The notes: generated from the sequence alone by a model not told the origin. A stretch of 64,000 bases of DNA from an uncultured Magnetococcales bacterium (GCA_964344355.1 CAYFNE010000019.1:166-64165); one strand, 5' to 3'. Counted from the first letter of the stretch, positions 18,950-28,967 are shown. A program made the numbers and translations.

Positions 18950-20533
18950 TTAATGCCGTTTTTGTGGAAAATGATGCATGTTGGCCGTCTGATCCCCCGG
19001 GGCCGCCGGGCCGTCATCATATCCGAACTCCTCCATGGCCGGTTTCAACAACCGCAGATGGGGAAGGAAATGTTGACGATAGTGGTGCCAGCGGAAGAGG
19101 GCGCGTTGATAGATCGGTTCGGCCACTTGACGGTAACTGGGGGTGGTCATGGTCTTTCCGGCCGTCAATCCCTCCCGGTAACGCAAGACCGAATCATTCC
19201 ACGGCAGGCCGAGAAAGTCGATCAGGCGGCGCGCCTCTCCCTCCAGGTCGGCGACCACCCGTTCATAGTGAATTTTGTGGACCCGCAAGGGCAACCGGTT
19301 GCTGGCTAGGCGCCACAACTCCATGATGCGCGCATAGAGGCGGGCGCTGCCCTCCAGGGTGTGGAAGTGGATCATCGATTCATTGGCGCCGAACCCCTGC
19401 ATGAAGGCGCTCAACACCGTGTCGCAGGGGTGGCGCAGGGCGAGGATGATCGGCGCACCCGGGAACAGGCGGTTGATCAGGACCAGGTTGCGCAGGTTCA
19501 AGGGCATCTTGTCGAGCAGTATTTCCCCCGGCCGCCGGTCGACATGCTGGGCGGCGTTTTCGAAATAGAGTTTTCTCAACGGTTCCAACTCCGCTTCGCC
19601 AAGGTCGGTCAGTTTTTGCGGATAGGGGGCCTCTTCGGTTTCCAGGTGGGCCTCCAGGCTTTCCAGGATCGGTCTCTCTTCGAGGATGCGAATAGCCGGG
19701 TGGCTGTCGAGCATCTGTCCCAACAGGGAGGTGCCGGAGCGGGGGAAACCGACCAGAAAGATGGGAGTGGTTCGTGGATCGATGATGTTGGCCACCGTTG
19801 CCGGCGGCCGGGGTTCCAGGTTTGACAGGTGGAGCCGCATCCGTTCCAGACGTTGCAGATAGGTTTCCGGTTTCAACCCCTGGGCATCGGAAATTTGCCG
19901 TGCCAGACGGTTGGCCCGTTGAAAATGTTCGAAGGCGGTATCGGTGTTGCGGAAACGGTCGTAAAGCTGTCCCAGTTCATAGTGTGCCGCCATCACCAGT
20001 TCGGGTTGGGAACCATCTTTCAACACCCGCTCCAACCGGCCCATGGCCGCCTGCCGTTGGCCGGCCCGTTGATCCACCTTGGCGGCGGCGAAATTGAGCG
20101 CCGGGTCACCGGGATGGCGTTTCAACCCGGCCTCGATCACCTGCCGGGCCTGCCGCAGTTGGTTTTTTCCCTCCAGCAGCAGCGTCATGTGAAAACAGAG
20201 GGCGAGATTTTGCGGATCCCGTTCCAGTCCCAGGCTGAACACCCGCTGGGCGGCATCATGTTGTTGCATATCGACCAGGGAACAGCCCAGTTTTTCGTAG
20301 CCGGGCGGCCACTCCGGTTTCAACCGCACCACCTTCGTGAACTGGGCGATGGCCGGTTGAACCTGATTCAACCGCAAGAGGATTTTGCCCAGTTCGAACG
20401 GGTGGGCGGCCTCTTCCGGCTCCAATGCCGACAGGGTTTCAAGGGCTTCAATGGCATCGGCCGGGGTCCCGTTTTTCAGGGCGTCAGCGGTTTTTTGCCG
20501 CCATATTGCAAGGGTTCGTGTTCGGTCTTCCAT
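18950..20533 (-). CDS. TPR-repeat protein with C-terminal sulfotransferase domain
   Basis: N-terminal TPR-like repeats. Sulfotransferase PAPS-binding motif FLVGFPRSGTSLLGQML. Start chosen at MEDRTRT (20533) because the 20611 start would overlap gloB by 73 nt. Confidence 0.8.
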   Translation of the reverse strand: MEDRTRTLAIWRQKTADALKNGTPADAIEALETLSALEPEEAAHPFELGKILLRLNQVQPAIAQFTKVVRLKPEWPPGYEKLGCSLVDMQQHDAAQRVFSLGLERDPQNLALCFHMTLLLEGKNQLRQARQVIEAGLKRHPGDPALNFAAAKVDQRAGQRQAAMGRLERVLKDGSQPELVMAAHYELGQLYDRFRNTDTAFEHFQRANRLARQISDAQGLKPETYLQRLERMRLHLSNLEPRPPATVANIIDPRTTPIFLVGFPRSGTSLLGQMLDSHPAIRILEERPILESLEAHLETEEAPYPQKLTDLGEAELEPLRKLYFENAAQHVDRRPGEILLDKMPLNLRNLVLINRLFPGAPIILALRHPCDTVLSAFMQGFGANESMIHFHTLEGSARLYARIMELWRLASNRLPLRVHKIHYERVVADLEGEARRLIDFLGLPWNDSVLRYREGLTAGKTMTTPSYRQVAEPIYQRALFRWHHYRQHFLPHLRLLKPAMEEFGYDDGPAAPGDQTANMHHFPQKRH

Positions 20534-20538
20534 GATTG

Positions 20539-21306
20539 TCAGAATCGATCCTTTCTTTGGCGTATTTCCGCAAACACCCGTTCCGGCGGTTGCCCGCTCA
20601 TGCCGAGGCATCGTTGCAGGGCCGGGTCGTCGGCGCGTAAAAAGGGATTGAGCCGTTTTTCCCGTTTCAGGGAGCTCGGCAGGGTCGGGTGGTCCTGGTC
20701 GGTCAGTTCGGAAAGTTCCTCGTGCAGGGCCGCCAGTCCGGGATGGTCCGGCTCCAGTGAACGGGCGAAATCAAGGTTGCCCAGGGTGTATTCATGGGCC
20801 GGGAACAGACGGGTGCCATCGTCCAGCACCCGCAGTTTCAGCAGGCTGGTCCACATCTGCGCCGCCGTGCCCTCGAACAGCCGGCCACAACCGAGACTGA
20901 ACAGACAGTCACCGGAGAAAAGGACATTCTCCAGCAGATAGGCGACATGGCCGCTGGTGTGACCGGGTACCTCCAGCACCGTGACCCGCCGATCACCCAA
21001 TTCGATCCGATCGCCGTCGGCCACGGTGAAATCCAGTGGCGGCAGCCGGTGTTGATCCCCTTGGAAACCGATCACCACCGCGTCATACCGTTCTTTCAGC
21101 ATCTCGACGCCATCGATGTGGTCATGATGGTGATGGGTGATGAGAATGTGCGACAACCGTTTGCCGCGCCGGTCCAATTTACGCATCACCGGCGCCGCAT
21201 CGGCGGGGTCCACCGCCGCCAGATCATCCTCGCTGGTGGGGAAAAGCCAAACATAGTTGTCATGGAGCACCGGCACGGGCTCGACCGGGAGGGGCGGTTG
21301 GGGCAT
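20539..21306 (-). CDS. gloB: hydroxyacylglutathione hydrolase (glyoxalase II)
   Basis: MBL motif THHHHDHIDG, GHTSGHVAY, FPAHEYT. Internal start MPQPPLPV was chosen. Confidence 0.9.
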   Translation of the reverse strand: MPQPPLPVEPVPVLHDNYVWLFPTSEDDLAAVDPADAAPVMRKLDRRGKRLSHILITHHHHDHIDGVEMLKERYDAVVIGFQGDQHRLPPLDFTVADGDRIELGDRRVTVLEVPGHTSGHVAYLLENVLFSGDCLFSLGCGRLFEGTAAQMWTSLLKLRVLDDGTRLFPAHEYTLGNLDFARSLEPDHPGLAALHEELSELTDQDHPTLPSSLKREKRLNPFLRADDPALQRCLGMSGQPPERVFAEIRQRKDRF

Positions 21307-21359
21307 AATCCAGACTCCGGTAAACTGTTCAGACGGGCGTTGATCCGAGAGTCCTACAT

Positions 21360-22124
21360 ATGACCATGGAAGCGGCACGATTGCAAAGGTGGTATGCCAC
21401 CCCCCAGGGGCGCATGGTGGTGCGTCTGGTGGGATCGGTGATGGCCCGTTGGTTGCGAAACAACCCCTCTCGGATCACCCTCGGTTTCGGTTTTTCCCAA
21501 CCCTATCTGGACCGGGTGGGCGAGTGGACCGGCCGGACCCTGGGTGCGGCCCCCGCCGAAATGGGGGTCTCCCCCTGGCCGATCTCCGGCGCCAGGAACC
21601 GCATCGCCCAGGTCCGGCCCGACGCCCTGCCGTTTCCCGATGCCCATTTCGACCGGGTGATCATGACCCACCTGCTTGAAGGCAGCGTGGCGCCGCGCGC
21701 CTCCCTGCGTGAAACCTGGCGGGTATTGCGCTCCGGTGGCCGTCTGCTGGTGATGGTACCCAACCGCGGTGGGTTGTGGGCGCGCAGTGATATCACCCCC
21801 TTCGGTTGGGGACGCCCGTATTCTCCGGGACAGATCGAGGGCCAATTGACCGATTCCCTGTTCATTTTGCGTCAATCCCGTTTCGCCCTGTTTTTGCCGC
21901 CCCTGAAAAACAGCCGGTTCCTCGGTTCGGCGGCCACCTGGGAAAAGGTCGGCAACCGTTGGTTCGCCCGCCTGGGTGGCGTCATCCTCTGTGAAGCGGA
22001 AAAACGGGTGTATGCCGGTACGCCGTTGAGTCCGGTTGCCGCCGGCCTGACTCAACCGCGCAAACTGGTCTTGCCGGTGGCGGAAAAACGCGGTATTCGC
22101 TCCGTCAACCGGGAACGGACATGA
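21360..22124 (+). CDS. class I SAM-dependent methyltransferase (type 11 domain)
   Basis: PFPDAHFDRVIMTHLLE...LRETWRVLRSGGRLLVMVPN. Divergent from gloB, as in many proteobacteria. Confidence 0.75.
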   Translation: MTMEAARLQRWYATPQGRMVVRLVGSVMARWLRNNPSRITLGFGFSQPYLDRVGEWTGRTLGAAPAEMGVSPWPISGARNRIAQVRPDALPFPDAHFDRVIMTHLLEGSVAPRASLRETWRVLRSGGRLLVMVPNRGGLWARSDITPFGWGRPYSPGQIEGQLTDSLFILRQSRFALFLPPLKNSRFLGSAATWEKVGNRWFARLGGVILCEAEKRVYAGTPLSPVAAGLTQPRKLVLPVAEKRGIRSVNRERT

Positions 22125-22140
22125 GTGGGCGGGGCGCGGA

Positions 22141-23031
22141 ATGAAAGACATGACGTTGATTCGGGATTTTCTCGACGATTTGATGGTGGAGCACGGTCTG
22201 GCCGTCAACACCCTGGAGGCCTACCGGAACGACCTGGAGGGGGTGTCCCAGTTTTTGCAACGACGCAAGCGCACCCTGATCGATGCCCGGCGCGAAGACC
22301 TGGCCGGTTTTCTGGACCAACTGTTCCAGCAGGGGCTCTCTTCGGCCTCGGTATCGCGCAAACTGTCGGCCTTGCGCCGTTTTTACCGGTACCTGGCCCT
22401 CCTGGAACTGCGGGTCAACGATCCCACCCGTCTGCTGGACGGTCCCAAACGGTGGCGGCATCTGCCGGACATCCTCAGCGAGTCCGAGGTGGCGGACCTG
22501 TTGGCCGCCCCGGAACGGGGCACCGAGCTGGGGATGCGGGACGCGGCGATGCTGGAAATCCTCTATGCCACCGGTCTGCGCGTTTCGGAACTGGTCGGCC
22601 TGACCACCGACAGCGTCGATGACGCCTTCGGATTTTTGCGGGTGGTGGGCAAGGGGGACAAGGAGCGCATCGTGCCGGTGGGGGAGGTGGCCCTGGACCT
22701 GGTGTCCCGCTATCGGCGCGAGGCGCGGTTGGTGTTGCTCAAGGGCAAAAACAGTCCGGCGCTGTTCGTGACCAATCGCGGTGGTCCCATGACCCGGCAA
22801 AATTTTTGGTACATCATCCGCCGTCACGCCCGCGATGCCGGTATCGGCAAACCGATTTCACCCCACCTGCTGCGCCACTCCTTCGCTTCGCACCTGTTGA
22901 ACCATGATGCCGATTTACGGGCGGTACAGATGATGCTCGGTCATGCCGATATTTCGACGACGGAAATCTATACCCACGTCGCCAAGGCGCGCATCAAGCG
23001 GATTCACAACCAGTACCATCCTCGGGCCTGA
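22141..23031 (+). CDS. xerD: site-specific tyrosine recombinase XerD
   Basis: N-terminal SAM-like domain (FLDDLMVEHGLAVNTLEAYRNDL). Catalytic RHSFASHLL...LGHADISTTEIYTHV. Confidence 0.92.
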   Translation: MKDMTLIRDFLDDLMVEHGLAVNTLEAYRNDLEGVSQFLQRRKRTLIDARREDLAGFLDQLFQQGLSSASVSRKLSALRRFYRYLALLELRVNDPTRLLDGPKRWRHLPDILSESEVADLLAAPERGTELGMRDAAMLEILYATGLRVSELVGLTTDSVDDAFGFLRVVGKGDKERIVPVGEVALDLVSRYRREARLVLLKGKNSPALFVTNRGGPMTRQNFWYIIRRHARDAGIGKPISPHLLRHSFASHLLNHDADLRAVQMMLGHADISTTEIYTHVAKARIKRIHNQYHPRA

Positions 23032-23043
23032 CAAGGGGGGACG

Positions 23044-24075
23044 ATGAGCGGACAGGGGGAAGAACCGGGTGGCGGCAGACGTTTGATCAACGGGTTCAAG
23101 GCCGGAGTCGGTCTGGTCCTGGCCCTGCCGTTCGTCATCATCCTGCTGCCCTTGTGGTATGTGCATCGATGGAACGAGGTGCGCAGTGGCCGACCGGCGC
23201 CCGAGGCGCCCTGGGCGGTGTTGATGCCCGGATACGGAAAACGGTCATCGATCCCTGGACCGGTCGGTCGGCGTCCGCTGGCTGCCCATGATCCGGCCCC
23301 GACCTTCGATGCCGATTCAGCGGCGGTCTCCCTGGTCGATCGTCCCCCGCCGGGGGGGGTGGCCCTGGTCACCGGTGGCGGTCAGCGTCTGGGGGCGGCC
23401 ATCTGCCGGGATTTGGCGGCGCTCGGATATCGGGTGGCGGTGGTCTATCATCAATCGGCGCAAGCGGCGGAAAAACTGCTGGCCGATATCCGCCGGCAGG
23501 GGGGCGACGGGGCCTGTTTTCCGGTGAACCTGGCCAATCCGGCCGAAATCATCCAGCTGTTGAACGAAGTTGATCGGCAGTTGGGACCACCGGAGTTGGT
23601 GATCAACAATGCCGGTCGTTTGTTGCCCACCCACCTTCGGGAGGGGACCTGGGAGGGGATGGAACAACTGTTCAAGGTCAACCTCCAGGGACCCTTGTGG
23701 CTCTCCCTGCGGGCGGCGGAGCGGATGGCGGGCGGAGGCGGCCAGATCATCAACATCTGTGACATCTGGGGAGAACGGCCGCTGCGGGACCATGCCGCCT
23801 ACAGCGCTTCCAAGGCCGGGTTGATCATGGCCACCCGCTCCCTGGCCCGGGATTTGGCGCCGTCGGTGCGGGTCAATGCCATCGCTCCCGGCGCCGTGCT
23901 GCCACCCGAGGAGGGGGGGCGGGAGGATCCGGGGTTTCGAAAAATTCTCTCCCGCACCCCCTTGACCCGGCATGCCGGACCGGCCGCCGTGCTCCAGGCG
24001 GTACGGTATCTGCTTACCGCCCGCTATGTCACCGGTGAGGTGTTGCATGTGGATGGCGGCCGCCATCTGGTGTAG
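23044..24075 (+). CDS. SDR family oxidoreductase with about 100-aa N-terminal extension containing a TM helix
   Basis: ALVTGGGQRLGAAI (TGxxxxxG) and YSASKAGL (YxxxK). The N-terminal extension contains GVGLVLALPFVIILLPLWYV. The true start is uncertain. Confidence 0.75.
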   Translation: MSGQGEEPGGGRRLINGFKAGVGLVLALPFVIILLPLWYVHRWNEVRSGRPAPEAPWAVLMPGYGKRSSIPGPVGRRPLAAHDPAPTFDADSAAVSLVDRPPPGGVALVTGGGQRLGAAICRDLAALGYRVAVVYHQSAQAAEKLLADIRRQGGDGACFPVNLANPAEIIQLLNEVDRQLGPPELVINNAGRLLPTHLREGTWEGMEQLFKVNLQGPLWLSLRAAERMAGGGGQIINICDIWGERPLRDHAAYSASKAGLIMATRSLARDLAPSVRVNAIAPGAVLPPEEGGREDPGFRKILSRTPLTRHAGPAAVLQAVRYLLTARYVTGEVLHVDGGRHLV

Positions 24076-24259
24076 CGGGGGAGGGGAAGTGTTCGGGGGA
24101 CCGTCGAAACGCGGTAAAAATTTTCTTTTTCGCAAGGATGCGGATATCCTGAAACGGCACGGACCGTCTCAAGGGGCTGTCGAAAACCGTTCGGCAACCA
24201 CGGGCGGCCCATGGCGTTTCCGGACGAGTTCCAATCCACGTTCAACAAGAAGATAGACG

Positions 24260-26482
24260 ATGCTGAAAATCCGTAAAGTGGCGGTTACCACAGGTGTTTA
24301 CTGGGTGGAGATTCCGGAGGCGGGTTGTCATATCCTCTGCGGTTGTCCGGCCGATAGTGTCAAACACCTGATGAAACGGGGTTTGATCGTCACCCGGGAA
24401 GACAACGGGGTCGTTTTTGAAACCGGTCCCAATGCCATCCTGCTCTCCGACGTGATGTTGCAAAACGGTCAGTTCGCCAATCTGGCCGAATTTCCCGTTT
24501 TGCAAATGTTGTATCGCCAGGGAATGATCCTGCCGAACCATCCGAACAATACCGGCAAAAAACCGATGTTGATCGGTTCGCGGGAACAGGTCGAGGCGCA
24601 GATGCGTTACATCTATCGCGGCAATTATGGCCTGGTCAGCAAGGAGGAGATCCTGGAACAGGGGGTCTCCCGGGCCCAGGCCGACGAGATGATGCGCATG
24701 AAATTGAAATTCGCCTTCGGCGCCATTCGCGAAACCAGTGAACTCCTGGACGCCCGGGTCGTCGAATCCGAGGCGGTGGAAATTCACAGCAGCGTTTTCG
24801 TCCGCCGCCGGGAAGTGAACATTTTCGAGATTCTCTACCAGGGCGAGTCGGTGACAGTCAATCTCAACCTGGACCTGACCCAAAAATATGAATCCCCCTA
24901 TCCGCTGGGTTTCTACGAGATCCCTCGCGAATTTTTCGGCGTCATCCACTCCGGGGAGGGGGATGGTTGGGACCCCGACCGTCCCAGCATGTCCAGTATC
25001 CTCATGTATCAGGGCAAACTCTACCTGATCGATGCCGGTCCCAACCTGCTCTCCAGCCTCATGGCCCTGGGCATCGGCATCGGCGAAGTGGAGGGACTGT
25101 TTCACACCCATGCCCACGATGACCATTTCGCCGGTATCACCACCCTGATTCGGGCCGGGCACCGGATCAAATATTATGCCACCCCCCTGGTTCGCGCCTC
25201 GGTGGCGAAAAAACTGTCGGCCCTGCTCTCTTTCGATGAGGATGAGTTCGACGCCTATTTCGATACCCGGGATCTCAAGTTCGACAGTTGGAACGATGTG
25301 GAAGGATTGGAGGTGAAACCGCTCTTTTCACCCCACCCGCTGGAGACCAATATTTTTCTCTTCCGTACCCCCTCCAGCGAGGGATACACCACCTATGCCC
25401 ATCTGGCGGATATCGTCTCCCTGGGGGTGTTGAAAAAGATGGTCGGCACCACCGACGGCGATGGCGGCATCTCCCGGGTTTTCTACGACCGGACCGTCAA
25501 ACGATATCTTCAGATGGCGGACCTGAAAAAAATCGATATCGGCGGCGGCTTGATCCATGGCGAGCCGGAAGATTTTCGCGATGACCAATCCAAAAAGATC
25601 GTCATGGCCCACACCTCCCAGCCATTGACCGGCCGTCAACGGGAGATCGGTTCCAGCGCCGCCTTCGGTACCAGCGATGTGCTGATCCCGGACCGGACCG
25701 ATCTGTTGCGTCGCAATGCCTTCGAATATGTCCGCTCCTATTTTGCCGACTCCCCCCGGGATCAACTGCGCAATCTGCTCAACAATGAGATCGTCACCTT
25801 CAATCCCGGCAGCATCATCATCAAGGAAGGGGACAAAAACCGCGATATTCTGTTGATCCTCACCGGAACCGTCGAATGCATCCAGACGAAGATGGAACTG
25901 TTCACCAGTCTGTCCGCCGGCGGCATGGTGGGGGAGATGTCCTGCCTGTACCATCTGCCCTCGGCGATGACCTACCGCGCCGCCAGCTTCGTCCGTGCCC
26001 TGCGCATTCCCGGCAAGCTCTATTACGGTTTCGTCAAAAAGAACAATTTTTATGCACAAATCGAGCGGTTGCAGGAGGGGCGGGCCTTTCTGGACCAGAC
26101 CTGTCTGTTCGGGGAGGCGATTCCCTACGTCAAACAGACCGCCATCGCCGATGCCATGCGGGTTCAACAGTTGGAAGAGGGCGAGGTGGCCCTTGCCGAC
26201 GGCGATCCAACCTTGAATCTGGTCAAATTGGGCAGCCTGGAACGCATTTTCGGCAACGACGTGTTCGACCGTCTCGCCGAACGGGATTTTTTTGGCGAGG
26301 AGTCGGCCATTTTCCAAATGCCCACGCCCTATGATATCCGGGCCCTGGAACCGACCCTCATCTATCGCATACCCAGTGAACTGCTCCTGGATATTCCCAT
26401 TGTCCGCTGGAAACTGTTCGAAGTCGCCGAACGCCGGCGTCGGATGATGCAACAGTTCATCGATCGGCGAAAAACCGGATAG
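24260..26482 (+). CDS. MBL-fold metallo-hydrolase fused to two cyclic-nucleotide-binding domains
   Basis: HTHAHDDHFAG (HxHxDH) in the centre. Two C-terminal cNMP-binding-like modules (FNPGSIIIKEGDKNRDILLILTGTVE...GGMVGEMS and a second with FFGEESAIF). Confidence 0.85.
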   Translation: MLKIRKVAVTTGVYWVEIPEAGCHILCGCPADSVKHLMKRGLIVTREDNGVVFETGPNAILLSDVMLQNGQFANLAEFPVLQMLYRQGMILPNHPNNTGKKPMLIGSREQVEAQMRYIYRGNYGLVSKEEILEQGVSRAQADEMMRMKLKFAFGAIRETSELLDARVVESEAVEIHSSVFVRRREVNIFEILYQGESVTVNLNLDLTQKYESPYPLGFYEIPREFFGVIHSGEGDGWDPDRPSMSSILMYQGKLYLIDAGPNLLSSLMALGIGIGEVEGLFHTHAHDDHFAGITTLIRAGHRIKYYATPLVRASVAKKLSALLSFDEDEFDAYFDTRDLKFDSWNDVEGLEVKPLFSPHPLETNIFLFRTPSSEGYTTYAHLADIVSLGVLKKMVGTTDGDGGISRVFYDRTVKRYLQMADLKKIDIGGGLIHGEPEDFRDDQSKKIVMAHTSQPLTGRQREIGSSAAFGTSDVLIPDRTDLLRRNAFEYVRSYFADSPRDQLRNLLNNEIVTFNPGSIIIKEGDKNRDILLILTGTVECIQTKMELFTSLSAGGMVGEMSCLYHLPSAMTYRAASFVRALRIPGKLYYGFVKKNNFYAQIERLQEGRAFLDQTCLFGEAIPYVKQTAIADAMRVQQLEEGEVALADGDPTLNLVKLGSLERIFGNDVFDRLAERDFFGEESAIFQMPTPYDIRALEPTLIYRIPSELLLDIPIVRWKLFEVAERRRRMMQQFIDRRKTG

Positions 26483-26545
26483 CGGGCGAAAAAACGGTTT
26501 TCAATCAACCCGGTCACTGCCGGCTTTCGATCCAGGTGTTTCGTC

Positions 26546-27652
26546 ATGAAAAATCGTGTTGCCCACGTGGTGACTTTTCTGATCGTCCTGCTCGGTACGT
26601 ATATTTTTTCCATCAGTCCCTCCCTTTTCCACCCCAAGGCCAGGATCACCGCGCTGGTAGTCGCCGACAACCGGGCGACGGTGCATGCTCGGGTTTGTCC
26701 CCCGCATTTCCTGTACGATCCCCACCCCGCCGACGGGACCTTGCGCGGCCTGGTGCGCAACACCATTCACGATGCCATTCTGGAAGAGGAACGGCTGTCC
26801 GGTCGGCATTGGCGGGTAGGACCGTTCAATCTCGATTCGGAGTTGCTGCCGGATGACAAATATCTGCCCGATGGCCGTTGCCGCGATGTGACCGCCGAAC
26901 TGCGGGCCTTGGCGGCGGACGATGGAGACCTGTTCCAGGAAAAAACGGTATTGCGGGTCGGGGTGCGGGATGGACAATCCTTCATCAGTCGTTTGGACCC
27001 GGCCACCGGTGAATGGCGCGGGGCGGCCATCGACTTTGCCCACATGCTGGCGACCGCCATGGGCCGCCAGGCACGATTCACCCGGATTCGACACCTGAAC
27101 GCCCGATTCACCGCCATCCAGTACGGGGTGGTGGACCTGACCATCAGTCTGATCAGCCATACCCCCGAGCGGGAGGAACTGGCCTTTCTCTCCCTTCCCT
27201 ATTTTGAAACCGGCCTGGTATTGGGGGATTTTTCCGGTCGGGGCAAACGGATCATCCGTACCCAGCAATTGAACAACGCCTATGTCACCATTGTCGCGGC
27301 AGCCGGCTCGGTCGGGGAAAAGTCCATCCGTAAAAATTTTCCCCGGGCCGGGTTGGTCCTGGTCGAGAGTGCCGATATGATCCCGGATCGGGTGCGCGCC
27401 CTGGCGGTCGCCTCTCCCAAGGTGGCCCACTATTTCGTCACCGATGAAGCCATCGCCCATCGCTGGCCCGGTGCCCGGGTGTTGCTGGTGGATGGGGAAA
27501 AGTTGTTGACCCGGGATGACAACTATGTGGTGGCTATGGGCCGGGCCGATCTCGTACCGGTGGTCAACCGGGTCATTCGCCAACAGCGCATCGCCCAACT
27601 CTATTCCCAGCGGGCCGCCGCCTGGCAGGCGCTGCACCAAACGAACGAATAA
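26546..27652 (+). CDS. membrane-anchored periplasmic substrate-binding protein (SBP_bac_3-like)
   Basis: N-terminal TM anchor. LRVGVRDGQSFISRLDP...GAAIDFAHMLA...DLTISLISHTPERE is typical of family 3 solute-binding proteins. Confidence 0.7.
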   Translation: MKNRVAHVVTFLIVLLGTYIFSISPSLFHPKARITALVVADNRATVHARVCPPHFLYDPHPADGTLRGLVRNTIHDAILEEERLSGRHWRVGPFNLDSELLPDDKYLPDGRCRDVTAELRALAADDGDLFQEKTVLRVGVRDGQSFISRLDPATGEWRGAAIDFAHMLATAMGRQARFTRIRHLNARFTAIQYGVVDLTISLISHTPEREELAFLSLPYFETGLVLGDFSGRGKRIIRTQQLNNAYVTIVAAAGSVGEKSIRKNFPRAGLVLVESADMIPDRVRALAVASPKVAHYFVTDEAIAHRWPGARVLLVDGEKLLTRDDNYVVAMGRADLVPVVNRVIRQQRIAQLYSQRAAAWQALHQTNE

Positions 27653-27871
27653 ATCAACGGAGCCGGAAACCGCTGTCAGCCCGTTTGAATGCCGCCGGTG
27701 GCGGGATCATGCGGACCGACCGTGGGTCCATTACTGTGGACTGGTGTTGTCCACCATGATTGGGTAGAATAACGTCCCTTCGATGAGGCCGCGGCTCCCC
27801 CCGGTTTCGGTATTGAAAATCTGGTCGGGATCGGCTCAAAGCCGATTTCCCAGGCAACAGGAGAAAAAGCG

Positions 27872-28438
27872 ATGAAACTGAATTTGGAACGTATGGACTG
27901 GGCAATCTGGTTATTGGTCATCCTGCCCGTCTTTGCCGTCGCCGGTTGGATGCTGGGTACCGAGGAGAGTTTGCTGTTGCTGCTGGTGTTGCCGTTGGTC
28001 GTCCTGATCAAAAACGCCTTTCTGGAAGAAAAGCTGGCTTGGCGCGATGAATACAGCGTCGGTGTCGAGGCCTTCGACAACGATCATAAGAAACTCCTCG
28101 AACTGATCGTGCGCATGTTCCGGGTCTGGCAAAAACAGAGTGAAAAAAGCCGGCGTGAGGGCGGCAAAACCATCGCTGAATTGTTGGAATATACCGAGAG
28201 TCACTTCAGCCGGGAGGAAGGGCTGATGAAAAAACATGGCTATCCGGGACTGGAGGCCCACCGCCGGGAGCACGAGGAGATGAAGACCAAGGTCAAGGAG
28301 TTTCATGCCAGATATGAAACCGACAGCACCGAAACCTGTCTGGATGTGCTGCGATATCTCCAATACTGGTTGATCAACCACATCAACAATACCGATAAAC
28401 AGTACACCGAGTTTTTGAACGAAAAGGGTGTGCGGTAG
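27872..28438 (+). CDS. membrane-anchored bacteriohemerythrin
   Basis: Two N-terminal TM helices, then hemerythrin motifs (VGVEAFDNDHKKL, HFSREE, HRREHEE, WLINHINNTDKQY). Confidence 0.88.
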   Translation: MKLNLERMDWAIWLLVILPVFAVAGWMLGTEESLLLLLVLPLVVLIKNAFLEEKLAWRDEYSVGVEAFDNDHKKLLELIVRMFRVWQKQSEKSRREGGKTIAELLEYTESHFSREEGLMKKHGYPGLEAHRREHEEMKTKVKEFHARYETDSTETCLDVLRYLQYWLINHINNTDKQYTEFLNEKGVR

Positions 28439-28459
28439 CTGACCGAACGACGAATCCCG

Positions 28460-28490
28460 CCGTTTCCGCTCGACCAATGAGCGGAAACGG
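28460..28490. terminator. hairpin between convergent genes (hemerythrin / HTH)
   Basis: CCGTTTCCGCT-cgaccaatg-AGCGGAAACGG, a perfect 11-bp stem. The T-tract is weak. Confidence 0.5.
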
Positions 28491-28544
28491 TTGCTGGTCA
28501 AGAAGGCCACTCGAACCGGTTGCCCGACCGGGGTGGTCCCGGTG

Positions 28545-28967
28545 TCATTCCTGTGGCCGGCCGAGGGCATCCAAAACGGCGTTGGGATCGTTGCGCAGTA
28601 CGCACAACAGGGTGCGCGCGGTCCCAGCCGGGGTGCGGCGGCCATTTTCCCAATGCCGTACCGCATGGACGCTGGCGCCGATATGATCCGCGAACTGCTG
28701 TTGGGTCAGATTCATGGCGGTGCGGATCTGTTTGACATCCACCGTTGCCGGTACGGGAGCCATCCTCTCCGGCTTGGCCGGTGACGGCTCCGGAGCGGGT
28801 TCTTGAGTGGCGTCACGTCCATCCGCCGGCAACGCTTCCCGGGTACGATCACGCATCTCCCCGGTGGCGGTCAAATCCTGACCGGATTGAGTGGCCTTTT
28901 TTTCCTTGTTGCTTTTTTTGTTTTTTTTCTTTTCTTTCTTTTCTTTCTTTTTTTTTGATTGAGACAT
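28545..28967 (-). CDS. XRE-family helix-turn-helix protein with Lys-rich N-terminus
   Basis: The start MSQSKKKKEKKEKKKNKKSNKEKK is preceded by AGGGGAG. The C-terminal HTH LTQQQFADHIGASVHAVRHWENGRRTP is typical of antitoxin-like COG2944 regulators. Confidence 0.75.
   Translation of the reverse strand: MSQSKKKKEKKEKKKNKKSNKEKKATQSGQDLTATGEMRDRTREALPADGRDATQEPAPEPSPAKPERMAPVPATVDVKQIRTAMNLTQQQFADHIGASVHAVRHWENGRRTPAGTARTLLCVLRNDPNAVLDALGRPQE

Noticed and set aside
24242-27640. Minus-strand ORFs 24242..25162, 25328..26452 and 26501..27640
   Set aside because: They are antisense to the MBL-cNMP and substrate-binding protein genes, with no recognisable motifs.
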